Assembly (NCBI GenBank): GCA_965215235.1
Contig: OZ244053.1
Span: forward strand, 5,063,879-5,127,878
DNA: 64,000 bases
Reading direction: 5' to 3'
Origin: Terriglobia bacterium
Lineage (GTDB): Bacteria; Acidobacteriota; Terriglobia; Versatilivoradales; Versatilivoraceae
The notes under the pieces are model-generated. The model ran no database searches, was not told the DNA's origin, and saw only the letters and a program-made list of their open reading frames with translations. The translations under genes were made by a program, and so were the position numbers. Positions 19,988 to 29,768 of this stretch are shown in pieces (position 1 is the stretch's first letter; each line of letters begins with the position of its first letter).

Positions 19988-21446
19988 ATGCCAAAGTCCG
20001 AGTTTGATTTTTGTGGGCAGGTGGAACCCGTGCCCGACCCGCGATTGGGATTGCTGGGGCGCAGAGACTTCTTGTTCCGTTTCGGTCGCGGCGTGGGTAG
20101 TCTTGCTCTTTCCTCACTCCTTTTTCAGGACAGTCATCGGGGCGCCGGTCGTCCGCTCGATGATCCCCTGGCGCCCAAGGCCCCCCACTTCCAGAGCAAG
20201 GCCAAGTCCTGCATCTTCCTGTTCATGGAAGGCGCGCCCAGCCAGATGGACACCTTTGATCCCAAGCCGGCCCTGGACAAGCATCATGGGACGCCCGTCA
20301 CCCGCATTTACGGCAGCATGGAGAAGCGAATCTACGTCGGCAGTCCCTTCAAGTTCGCCAAGCACGGTCAGTGTGGCATGGAGGTGTCGGAGATCTTTCC
20401 CCACCTGGCGACTTGCGTGGATGATCTGGCGGTCGTCCGGTCGCTGCATACCGATTCCCACAACCATCCTGCGGGTTGCTTCCTGATGAACACTGGAGTT
20501 TCCATTCCCGGAAGCCCTTCGGTGGGCTCCTGGCTGGTTTATGGGTTGGGCAGCGAGAATCAAAACTTGCCCTCCTTTGTGGTGCTACCGGACCGGCGGC
20601 GGGGCATTTCGGGAGGCGCAGTCAATTACTCCAGCGCTTATCTCCCCGCGGCCTGTCACGGCACCCTGCTCAATCCGGACGGTGTCCCCATTGTCGACCT
20701 GCAACCCCCCGCGGGAATGAGCCGGGAGGAACAGGAGGCCAGTGTCACGCTCCTCAATGAGCTGAATGAGCCCTATCTGGAGTCGGATCCTTCCAATAGC
20801 GCTCTCTTGACGCGCATGAAAAACTACGAGTTGGCCTTCCGGATGCAGTTCGCCGTTCCCGGAGCACTGGACCTCGACAGTGAGTCGGAGAAAACAAAAG
20901 AACTCTATGGACTCAACGACAAGATTACCGAGCCCATGGGCCGGAAGTGCCTGATGGCCCGGCGTCTGGTGGAGCGCGGTGTGCGTTTCGTGCAGGTCTA
21001 CTGCAGTGGCTGGGACTCCCATGAGAATATCGCTGCCGAGCACCGGAAACGGGGCTACGAAACCGATCGGCCGGTGGCGGCCCTTGCTGAAGGATCTGAA
21101 GCAGCGAGGTTTGCTGGACCAGACCTTGCTGGTCTGGGGCGGCGAATTCGGACGTACGGCGGACAACTCCATGGACTTCTTCCGTTCCAATCCGGGTCGC
21201 GACCATAACAAGGAAGCCATGGTGATGTGGTTTGCCGGTGGAGGGATCAAAGGGGGAACGGTGGTCGGAAACACGGACGAGTTGGGCATCAAAGCCGTGG
21301 AGAACGTCTACCACCTCCATGACTTGCACGCAACCATCCTTCACCTGATGGGTTTGGACGATATGCGCCTGACTTACTACCATGCAGGGCGCCTCAAACG
21401 GCTCACCGACCTGGGCGGTCGAGCCATCAAGGAAGTCCTCGCCTGA
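19988..21446 (+). CDS. DUF1501 protein, apparent +1 frameshift at 21079-21083
   Basis: Tat-like RRDFL; [30 protein letters not shown]; continues in another frame as [24 protein letters not shown]...GRDH...[11 protein letters not shown]. Confidence 0.88.
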
Positions 21447-21515
21447 AAGGCCGAGCGTCGGCCTTGATCAAGGTCTTGCTCACTTTCCGGTTCATTGCAA
21501 GAGAGGGAGGTCGTT

Positions 21516-22082
21516 ATGGTTTCTATTGTGTCGCTCTGGTTGCCGGTGCTGCTTTCGGCGGTGCTCGTCTTCGCCGTCAGTTTCGTCATTCACATGGTGC
21601 TGAGGTATCACAAGGCCGACGTGGGGGCGTGTCCCGACGAGGCCAAGGTGATGGACGCGCTCCGACCGTTCAAGATCCCACCAGGTAACTACATGGTGCC
21701 GCACGCCTCGGACAACAAGGAGATGGGCTCTCCGGAGTTCATCGAGAAGATGAACAACGGCCCGGTGGCGGTTGTCACCGTGCTCCCCAACGGTCCCGTA
21801 GCCATGGGCAAGAGCCTCATGATGTGGTTTGGCTACTCCCTGCTCGTGGGCGCCGTCGCCGGTTACGTTGCCGGGCTGACGATCGGACCCGGAGCGGCCT
21901 ACCTTTCCGTCTTCCACGTCGTCAGCACGGTCGCCTTCGCCGGCTACTCGCTCGCCATCCTGCAGAGCGCCATCTGGTGGTATCGAGGCTGGGGCTACAC
22001 GCTGCGCACCATGTTCGACGGCCTGATCTACGCCCTCCTGACCGGCGGCGCCTTCGGCTGGCTCTGGCCGCAGGCTGGTTGA
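21516..22082 (+). CDS. Conserved hypothetical membrane protein
   Basis: GGGAGG RBS; MVSIVSLWLPVLLSAVLVF...IHMVLRYH...PPGNYMVP...GWLWP. Confidence 0.8.
   Translation: MVSIVSLWLPVLLSAVLVFAVSFVIHMVLRYHKADVGACPDEAKVMDALRPFKIPPGNYMVPHASDNKEMGSPEFIEKMNNGPVAVVTVLPNGPVAMGKSLMMWFGYSLLVGAVAGYVAGLTIGPGAAYLSVFHVVSTVAFAGYSLAILQSAIWWYRGWGYTLRTMFDGLIYALLTGGAFGWLWPQAG
21774..22049 (+). repeat. Direct repeat copy 1 (3' half of the membrane-protein gene)
   Basis: 21841-22042 is identical to 23935-24136 (202 bp, offset 2094); the ~67 bp upstream are diverged. Confidence 0.95.
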
Positions 22083-22386
22083 TGGTTACCGCACTCCGGT
22101 GATGTCGGCGCCGCAATGTCGCCCACTTCACTGGGGATATTGTCTCCTTTGCGGGCATTAAGTGTTTTTAACTTCCTATAGAATCTTCTTGACCTATTAG
22201 ACTCACCTGTTTTTACCCTTTTTAACCATTGCAAGTTCTGCCGGGTACGAGTGGAACCGATGAAGGAAGTCTTACCTCCCTGTGCGGCGTCGCACGCAGA
22301 CCAGGAAGGGCCGCGCAAAATTGAACCCGCTGGTCACCAGACAAGGGGCTTGAAACAGAATTTTGCAAACGGAAGTAGAGGTAGAT

Positions 22387-23394
22387 ATGAGTTTAATGCA
22401 AGCCTTGGCAAAGGAGCGGTTTGGAATGGAAGCGGCCCGAGAGCTATGTCGGCTCCCCGGCATCTTTCAGCCTGGGGAGGTGTGCAAGCGTGAAGCGATC
22501 AGCGAAAAGTCGAGATCGAAATTCGTAAGCTTTGGCGGGAGCCGGGACACCACGAAACAGGCCGTATCGGAAGTGATCAGGAGCTGGCTAGGCAGAGAAA
22601 ACAGCCCTTTTGAGAAGTTAGGGAAGCTCTGAAAAAAATTCCATTCCAGAGCCTTTCAGAATCGAAATCCGAAAATACACCTCCAGAGTCTCCAACATTT
22701 TCAACGACTTGGCATTGTCGAAGGTAACGCCACATCCTGTGCCGTGATAATGGTTGAATAAATCAGAGTTTCCCTAGCTCGTGATCCTCATGGTCGAGGT
22801 GGTCGATATCGATTTCTCGGATTCGACAGACAAAACGAAGACCGGGCCGGCGCACCTGGATATCATGCTGGGGGAAACGATCCCCCCGAGGATGGTTCTT
22901 TGACTCCCGAGCGGGAACTCGGGAAGGGGCCGTGTGAAGTATACGCGTGGTGTCTCCCACTTTACCAGCAATGCTCCGATGGTCGTTGGCCGATAAAGAT
23001 CGGATGGGCTGGAACAGATGGGTTCCGGCGGAGACTACGGGATTTCCGGGAGAATCTCCCCGAACGTCCCCGATACCTGTTACGAATTGGGTGTGCGGAC
23101 GAGACTGAAGCGAGAGACCGCGAGTCTGTTCTGCACGCATGGTTCAGGGCGCGCAAGCGGAAGATCGATGACTTACCCGGCGAAGAATGGTTTCTCACCA
23201 ATCCGGGTGAGATTGAGGTGGCGATTCGAATGATCATGGTAAATGATGAGTCGACTGGTGGCGTGAGTGCGCCTGAGATCGAGGATGAGATCACTGAGGC
23301 ATTCAAGGGCGTTACTGCCAAGGATTGGGGAAGCCTGCCTGCAGACCTTACGGACAAGCTCGATCATTATCTGTACGGCAGCGATGAACCGTGA
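22387..23394 (+). pseudogene. GIY-YIG (T5orf172-like) domain protein with antitoxin-like C-terminus, split by a MITE
   Basis: GAGG RBS, ATG 22387. Removing 22621-22776 joins ...PFEKL to ARDPHGRGGRYRF... in frame. VYAW..IKIG..E..LH..GEEWF nuclease pattern; C-terminal LPADLTDKLDHYLYG; stop overlaps the vapC start. Confidence 0.75.
22621..22774. mobile_element. 154-bp MITE with IS5-like terminal inverted repeats
   Basis: GGGAAGCTCTGA ... TCAGAGTTTCCC (11/12 IR); TA on both flanks (alternatively TTAG/CTAG around a 152-bp core); no coding capacity; excision restores an ORF. Confidence 0.85.
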
Positions 23395-23813
23395 AGACCG
23401 TATTCGTTGACACTGTCTATTGGATTGCTACGGCTCGGCCGAACGACCCGTGGAAAGATGCCGCGACAAAGGCGCGGCGGGAATTGGGGCGAGTGCGTCT
23501 TGTCACCACGGATGAAGTTCTGGCCGAGTTCCTTGCGGCGTTATCCCGGGGGCGTCCCCGACTGCGGCTTGGCGCGGCAAGAATGGTGCGTTCCATTCTG
23601 TCGAATCCGAACATTCAGGTGATTCCCCAGTCGCGTGCGTCGTTTCTCAAAGGACTGGACCTCTACGAGGCGCGAAGCGACAAAGGTTACAGTCTGCAAG
23701 ATTGTACTTCCATGAAAGTCATGGAGTCGGAGTCCATCTCGGAGGTCCTGACCAATGACCGCCGCTTCGCACAGGAAGGATTCACGGTCCTCATGAAAGC
23801 GGAGCGGTCGTAA
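23391..23813 (+). CDS. vapC: VapC-family PIN ribonuclease toxin
   Basis: VFVDT..WIA, TTDEVLAE, YSLQDCTS..M, LTNDRRFAQEGF. Confidence 0.9.
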   Translation: MKTVFVDTVYWIATARPNDPWKDAATKARRELGRVRLVTTDEVLAEFLAALSRGRPRLRLGAARMVRSILSNPNIQVIPQSRASFLKGLDLYEARSDKGYSLQDCTSMKVMESESISEVLTNDRRFAQEGFTVLMKAERS

Positions 23814-23867
23814 CGGGGGATGGAGAGCTGATACAGGCGAGTGACGCATCAGCTCCCGGCTCTGTTC

Positions 23868-24143
23868 GTCACGGTGCTCCCCAACAGGCCGATAGCCGTG
23901 GGCAAAAGCCTGGGGATGTGGTTCGGCTACTCCTTGCTCGTGGGCGCCGTCGCCGGTTACGTTGCCGGGCTGACGATCGGACCCGGAGCGGCCTACCTTT
24001 CCGTCTTCCACGTCGTCAGCACGGTCGCCTTCGCCGGCTACTCGCTCGCCATCCTGCAGAGCGCCATCTGGTGGTATCGAGGCTGGGGCTACACGCTGCG
24101 CACCATGTTCGACGGCCTGATCTACGCCCTCCTGACTGGCGGC
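23868..24143 (+). repeat. Direct repeat copy 2 (orphan 3' fragment of the membrane-protein gene)
   Basis: Matches 21774-22049; lacks the 5' half and the final codons of the gene. Confidence 0.95.
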
Positions 24144-24235
24144 ACTGGGTTTCCCTCGGGACACAAGAGTGCAGGGGGGTGGTCAGCGGTATGGCGGTGG
24201 CTGTTCAACCGGATATACAGGTGCTATACAAAACT

Positions 24236-24274
24236 CCCCTTCTGAGTCAGGAGGGGTGTACTCCCCAGGGGAGT
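24236..24274. repeat. REP-like tandem hairpins
   Basis: CCCCTTCTGAGTCAGGAGGGG and ACTCCCCAGGGGAGT palindromes. Confidence 0.5.
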
Positions 24275-24531
24275 GCAAGAGTGGTCGTTCTACTCCACCT
24301 TGCAGTGACCCGCAAAGCAGGCGGCTACCACTCGGCGACGGAGAACTCTACAAACGCCGGTGCGTTGGTATTAGTTTCGTCCTTGGGATTGTTCAAATCC
24401 TTTGACACCAATGATGTTCTCAGATCCAGGGGACCAGTGCGTCCGCCTGCGGTGAGAAATTCCGGTAAGTACCCGCTACCCATTGCTCAGCGATGTTTCA
24501 CGGGTCAATCCATCGGGTGCGTTCGAATGGT

Positions 24532-24595
24532 ATGACATTCAGATAAATTAGTTTTATATAAATAATATAAATTAATACTTGAACAATATTTAACC
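24532..24595 (+). promoter_or_regulatory. AT-rich promoter/operator upstream of the DUF2089 gene
   Basis: ATGACA-17 nt-TATATA with overlapping inverted repeat TTTATAT...ATATAAA. Confidence 0.5.
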
Positions 24596-24597
24596 CT

Positions 24598-24921
24598 GTG
24601 GTAATTAAAACCACAGTGCAAAGACAGCTCCCCATATCGTGCCCGAGTTGTGGTGCTGATCTGCGGGTAGCGCAGCTCGCTTGTCCCGGTTGTGAGACCT
24701 TGGTGAGCGGAAACTACCGGCTGCCCGCGCTCTCTCGTCTGGGTACCGACGACCAGGAGTTTGTCCTGTTCTTCATATTGAGCAGCGGCAGCCTTAAAGA
24801 GATGGCCAAACTCTACGGGGTTTCCTACCCGACCGTCCGAAACCGGCTGGACGATCTGATTGCCCGCCTGAGTGAGATCCTAGAGGCGCCCAAGGGAAAT
24901 GAGGTGAAAGATGGAGAGTAG
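24598..24921 (+). CDS. DUF2089 Zn-ribbon + HTH protein
   Basis: CPSC...CPGC; SGSLKEMAKLYGVSYPTVRNRLD. Confidence 0.88.
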   Translation: MVIKTTVQRQLPISCPSCGADLRVAQLACPGCETLVSGNYRLPALSRLGTDDQEFVLFFILSSGSLKEMAKLYGVSYPTVRNRLDDLIARLSEILEAPKGNEVKDGE

Positions 24922-25522
24922 CCCGTCGATGGAGCAAAAGATGACTATCAGCCAGTGGATGTTCAATCCGTTCATTCGAATTGCCGGAACTCGGTCGCTG
25001 GCAATAGGGCTCGCCGCCATTGTGGCGAGCGGGCTGGCAGCCGCCGCTGGCGGCATTCGCTTCGACGGGTTGCTCGACATGCACGCCGTCGGTGAGTTTC
25101 CACTGTGGGTCCCGGTCGTCGAAGGCTTGGTGAACTGGATCGTGATCACGGCGCTATTGAGGTTGGTAGCCCTGCTCTTTGGCCGGAGTGCGGTTCGTCT
25201 TGTCGACATTGCGGGCACACAGGCCATGGCGCGGGTTCCCCTGCTCGCGGCCGCCGCGATTTGCACGCTGCCCTGGGTTCGTAGCGCTTTCGATGGGCTC
25301 ACTGCATCCATGGCAAGTGGTCAACTCCCCGGATTCCCGGGGATGGGCCTTGTCGTCGGGGGCCTTGTCATGGTGGCCAGCACTATCTGGATGATCGCGT
25401 TGATGTGGAAGGCATTCTCGATCTCCTGCAACATGAAAGGGGGGCGAGCCATCGCTCTTTTCATCGTTGCCGTCCTGATCGGGGAGGTTGTGACTGTCTT
25501 TCTGACAAGGCAAATCGGGTAG
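24911..25522 (+). CDS. Membrane protein (Yip1-like)
   Basis: FNPFIRIAG, RFDGLLDMH, RLVDIAGT..MAR.P; ~5 TM; overlaps the DUF2089 stop. Confidence 0.7.
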   Translation: MESSPSMEQKMTISQWMFNPFIRIAGTRSLAIGLAAIVASGLAAAAGGIRFDGLLDMHAVGEFPLWVPVVEGLVNWIVITALLRLVALLFGRSAVRLVDIAGTQAMARVPLLAAAAICTLPWVRSAFDGLTASMASGQLPGFPGMGLVVGGLVMVASTIWMIALMWKAFSISCNMKGGRAIALFIVAVLIGEVVTVFLTRQIG

Positions 25523-25772
25523 ATCGGATCTTGAATTGGAGAGGCGACCTACACCGAGCCCGACCGGTAGTCATAATCGAGCTTAACGCTTAACGATCGG
25601 GCAGAGCCCGGGTGCAGCCGGATGTAAGACGCTTGCCATCTTTCCGATGGGGTTCGACGCTCACGGCTTTGGCTTTATCTTCGAGTTTAACGGCGAAACG
25701 AGAGACGGGCCGGCACAGACTCACCAGGGGAACAAAGAGGCTATGATTGGAGTGTTTATAACCGTGAACGCC

Positions 25773-26534
25773 CTAGCGCCGCAGGTCTCGAATCAACGGA
25801 GCCTGACGTTTGCTCACGGTGAATTCCAGCCCATTGGTCAAGGTCAACAACCAGCGCTGGCTGCTGAGAGCGCTCATCTTGCGGATCTTGTTGACGTTGA
25901 CCAGAACGCTGCGATGAACTCGCTGAAACTGGGCGCCTTTGAAGCGTTCGTCCAGAGCCTGCAAGGTCTGAGTTGCCATGTAGCTTTTGTTCCTGGTTCG
26001 GATCCAGACGATCTCGCCATCGGCCTGGAAAGCGAAGACTTCGTCAAGGTCCAGCAGGTAATACTCCTCGCCTTTCCTGGCGGCGATCTTCGGCACACGT
26101 TGCCTCTCTCCGGCTTCTGCGACACTGAGCGTTTGAGCTACCCGCTTGATGGCTTCCAACCGATTGCCTCGAGTCTGGTGAGCGCGCTCGACCGCCTTCT
26201 GCAGGCGGTCCTGGCTGACCGGCTTCAGCAAGTAGTCGACCGCCCCGACCTCGAAGGCGTTGAGCGCGTGTTCGCTGTAGGCGGTGACAAAGATGATGGA
26301 GGGCAGCGGCCCCCGGAGTTCCCGGAGCACCTGGAAGCCGTCCATGACCGGCATTTGAATATCCAGGAGAACCAGATCCGGTTGGAGTTTTTCGATCTGC
26401 TCGAGGGCTGACCTGCCGTTGTCGGCTTCGCCAATGACCGAAACGCCCTCCATCTCGGCGATATCCTCCAACAACACCCGACGAGAAACGGGTTCGTCAT
26501 CAACTACCAGCGTGCGAAGTGCTTTCCTGAGCAT
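25773..26534 (-). CDS. LytTR-family response regulator
   Basis: VVDDE, LLDIQMP, FVTAY, DYLLKP receiver motifs; FQRVHRS.LVN LytTR motif. Confidence 0.95.
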   Translation of the reverse strand: MLRKALRTLVVDDEPVSRRVLLEDIAEMEGVSVIGEADNGRSALEQIEKLQPDLVLLDIQMPVMDGFQVLRELRGPLPSIIFVTAYSEHALNAFEVGAVDYLLKPVSQDRLQKAVERAHQTRGNRLEAIKRVAQTLSVAEAGERQRVPKIAARKGEEYYLLDLDEVFAFQADGEIVWIRTRNKSYMATQTLQALDERFKGAQFQRVHRSVLVNVNKIRKMSALSSQRWLLTLTNGLEFTVSKRQAPLIRDLRR

Positions 26535-27003
26535 GGTTGCTTTGTCTTATGAGCCCTTCCCGGTTAAAAGTAGAGTAGATTTCCACCAACGGGTTGATTG
26601 GTTTCATCGGCGGCGGCGGCCAACCTGCGAGCGGATGCCGCTAACTCTGGCTCGGGTCGCCGAATACCCGAGAGTCGAGACCTGCTGCCGGAGACATCAT
26701 TTTCCGCCTGACTGCGTCATCACCTATGACCTGTTTGCCGTCGATGCCTCGAGCGTCGACGTTTGCCGCCGTGAGAGCGGTTCTCTGGAGTGGTGCCGAC
26801 GTTACTCCTGATAAACTATTATCGCTCGAAGAAAGCCCCACCGAAAGCAATCAGCAGACTTTGAAAGCAATGAGCCCGGCCTCTCACATGCCTGGCCAGA
26901 AGCGTTGTCCTTGGGAAGCGGATTGTGAGAAACCGGCAAGAAGAGGGCGGGGACAGGCATCTCCTCTCTCAAGATCGTATACTGAGTGAGGAAGGTCGAG
27001 TCT

Positions 27004-28893
27004 ATGGAAAGTGAAGGGGTCATTCATCTGCCTTTGCTGGTCAACACGCTGGGCCACATCGCCGGCCTGGCGGCGTTCACCGGTTTTCTCTACTTCCTTT
27101 GGCGCAGCCACCGGCGGTCGCCCAGAGGAGACGTCTGGCTACCTGGTGGGGCAGCCCTTTTGGCGCTGCTGTGGAACGCAGGCTCTTTGGGAGTGTTGGC
27201 TCTGGCCGATTCACCCAGTCTGGCGCGGCGAGGGATGGTGGCCGGCAGCTTTGCGACTTTAAGTCTTCTGCCCAGCGTTTTGCTCCATGTTTCCCTGGGC
27301 ACGCAGCGTCCTCTTCTCCGCTGGATCGGCTACGGGCTGGGAATGCTGGCGTTTTTCATCCATCTTGCTGAAATTTTCGGGACCGGGTCCGCTTCTCATC
27401 AGTTCGGACTACGGCTGGTCACCTTTGGATTCGGTTCTCTGGCCATCCTGACGGCTTTTGCGCTTTGGAACGACCAGCAGCAGCGCAAGGGGGAGGGAAT
27501 GCGCGTGCTGGGCGCCATGGCCCTGCTCCTCTTTGCTGTCTCCTTTGTCCACTTCGGTGACGCTCACGGGTCCGATGCCTGGCCCCACGAACTTTTTTTG
27601 CACCATGCCGGTATTCCCCTGGCGTTGTTTGTTCTTTTGCAGGACTACCGATTTCTGCTACTGGATGTATTTATTCGCTTTCTCGGTAATGCCTTCCTGG
27701 CTGTCGTCGTTGCGGTGGGATTGATCGGTCTGTTGAGCCAAGTCGAACTCGATCGGACCTCTCCGAGCGGAGGATTCTCTCTGGCGCTGGCGATCACCGG
27801 TGTCGGCTTCGCCCTGTTGGGCTTCGCCACTCTTCGCGGACATATTCAGAAATGGGTCGAGCGCAGGGTCTTCCGGCGAGGGAATCTACAGGCGGCTCTG
27901 GAAGCGCTCGGAGCGATGGCTGCCGATGCGGCAAGCGAGCAGGACTTCTTGAAGGAGGCGGCCAAGGAAGTTGCAGCCTTTGTCAAAGCCCACCGGGTGG
28001 ACCTTCTCGAGGAAAGCGCCGTCTCCGCTACGACCGGTAAAGAAGAACTGCGCTCGCAGGTTTTGGATCGCAGCTTCAGTTCGGCCTTGGGCAAGCAGCC
28101 TTGGGCAGAAGTGGTGGCGCCCTTGCGGTTTGCCGAGGGAGATCGACTTTTTCTTCTCCTGAGCAGCCGAGAGGAAGGGAGACGATATCTCAGCCAGGAC
28201 CTGGAAGACCTGGACCGCCTGGTGACCGAAGTGGTGGAGCAAGTGGCTCGGCGGCGGCGCGCCGAGCTTCAGGGTCTGGCGACCCGGGCGGAGTTGCAAG
28301 CGCTGCGGGCGCAAATCAATCCACACTTCCTTTTCAATTCCCTCAATGCGCTCTATGGTCTCATTCCCCGATCTGCCTCCGAGGCCCGCCGCACCTTGGT
28401 CAACCTTGCCGAGATTTTTCGCTACTCTCTCCAAGGTAATCGCCCGTATGTACCTCTGGAAGAGGAGCTTCGAACCGTTCAGGCCTATCTGGAAGTGGAG
28501 CGCTTGCGTCTGGGGAACCGCTTGGAAACGGAGATTGAAATCAGCAAAGAAGCGCGCAGCGTGGTGATTCCGGCACTTTCGATTCAGCCGCTGGTTGAGA
28601 ATGCGGTCAAGCACGGGATTAGCCGGAAAGCCGATGCAGGACGTGTGAAACTGGAAGCTCGAGTCGCTGACGGCAACTTGCAGGTCACTGTCTCGGACGA
28701 CGGCCCGGGGTTTCAATCTTCGGGACCGCAGGAAAACGGACACGGCCTGGACAACGTCCGACGCCGGCTGCGGCTTTGTTATGGGGAACAGGGGCGACTC
28801 CAGGTCCAATCCACCGCCGGGCACACGGGAGTCAGCTTTCGCGTGCCCCTTCAAAGGCCGAAATTTCATCCGCCGACTCTGGCGGTTCCTTAG
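27004..28893 (+). CDS. LytS-type membrane sensor histidine kinase
   Basis: N-terminal TM bundle; LRAQINPHFLFNSLN, IQPLVENAVKHG, DDGPG, GHGLDNV. Confidence 0.93.
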   Translation: MESEGVIHLPLLVNTLGHIAGLAAFTGFLYFLWRSHRRSPRGDVWLPGGAALLALLWNAGSLGVLALADSPSLARRGMVAGSFATLSLLPSVLLHVSLGTQRPLLRWIGYGLGMLAFFIHLAEIFGTGSASHQFGLRLVTFGFGSLAILTAFALWNDQQQRKGEGMRVLGAMALLLFAVSFVHFGDAHGSDAWPHELFLHHAGIPLALFVLLQDYRFLLLDVFIRFLGNAFLAVVVAVGLIGLLSQVELDRTSPSGGFSLALAITGVGFALLGFATLRGHIQKWVERRVFRRGNLQAALEALGAMAADAASEQDFLKEAAKEVAAFVKAHRVDLLEESAVSATTGKEELRSQVLDRSFSSALGKQPWAEVVAPLRFAEGDRLFLLLSSREEGRRYLSQDLEDLDRLVTEVVEQVARRRRAELQGLATRAELQALRAQINPHFLFNSLNALYGLIPRSASEARRTLVNLAEIFRYSLQGNRPYVPLEEELRTVQAYLEVERLRLGNRLETEIEISKEARSVVIPALSIQPLVENAVKHGISRKADAGRVKLEARVADGNLQVTVSDDGPGFQSSGPQENGHGLDNVRRRLRLCYGEQGRLQVQSTAGHTGVSFRVPLQRPKFHPPTLAVP

Positions 28894-29127
28894 TTGCCCT
28901 GAGACCCTGCGGGCGTTGTTGTTCTCCTTTATGGACAAAGACTTACGACGCTTCCTCCATCGCCGCGGGTCCCCTGTTCAACCTGGATTTCTCACTGTGT
29001 GAGGCGGCGTCAGTTCCTGGAATACTCGAAAATTCTTATCCTGGAGCGCAGCGAAGGAATGGTAGGAAACAGCAGTTATCGGGATTCTCCGACCAAGACA
29101 CCTGCCCCCATCGGGTGACGAAGCGCT

Positions 29128-29311
29128 GCCGCCGCTTCGCGGCTGGGAGGGCGGGGCGACAAGCCTACCCTGGGCTGACGCCCAGGGCTATTTGCTTTCG
29201 CCGCACTCGCGGCTGTGGGGATGCCGTACCAGCGGCGCAAACCGCAGCAGCCGGTAGCCCAGGGTTCATGGACGGCCCATCCCCCGAGCCGCGAAGCGGC
29301 GGCGCCCAGGG
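29128..29311. repeat. REP/REPIN-like cluster
   Basis: Perfect 17-bp IR GCCGCCGCTTCGCGGCT (29128-29144) / AGCCGCGAAGCGGCGGC (29287-29303) enclosing a CCCTGGGCTGACGCCCAGGG hairpin. Confidence 0.7.
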
Positions 29312-29768
29312 TTCAGCCTCCCGAGTCCGGACGACTCACCCAAGGTGGGTGAGTGTCGGAACCCCGCAACGTTAAGACCCGATCAGCCCGGCTCCTCAAT
29401 CTCAAAGCCCCGTGAGCAATGGGGGCCAGACCTGGTGAGAAGGTCGGGTTAGAAGTGTTCCGCTGGGTGTGTGAGCGCCACCGTGGTTGGTTGCGCTCTC
29501 ACCCCAAAGATCTCTTCTGCGGAGTCTTCCGTTCTCCATTTTTCGAGTTGCCTTGCTTCACAACCCGGTTGCTTAGGGACGCCTCGATTCGAGGTTGCGG
29601 AACTTGCTTCAAGAGGTATCTGCCGAAGGCGAGGCAAGCGGCGGCCGTCACGGTCGAGTAAGCCTGAACCCCATTTTGTCTTGATCTTGCGGCCGGCCGC
29701 GGATAGGTTATGAATTTGTTTATTCCCCAAACTTGGCGTTCATTCCCCCCGTGAAAGCCAGGACGACG

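Noticed and set aside
21774-24143. Repeat pair as a diversity-generating retroelement TR/VR
   Set aside because: Mismatches are not adenine-specific and there is no reverse transcriptase in the window
24385-24405. GTTCAAATCC (also GGTTCGACTC near 32604) as a tRNA T-loop or att site
   Set aside because: The flanks do not form a T-stem or cloverleaf
25733-25772. RBS-like AAAGAGG plus ATG (MIGVFIT)
   Set aside because: Runs straight into the antisense of the LytTR gene; too short to support
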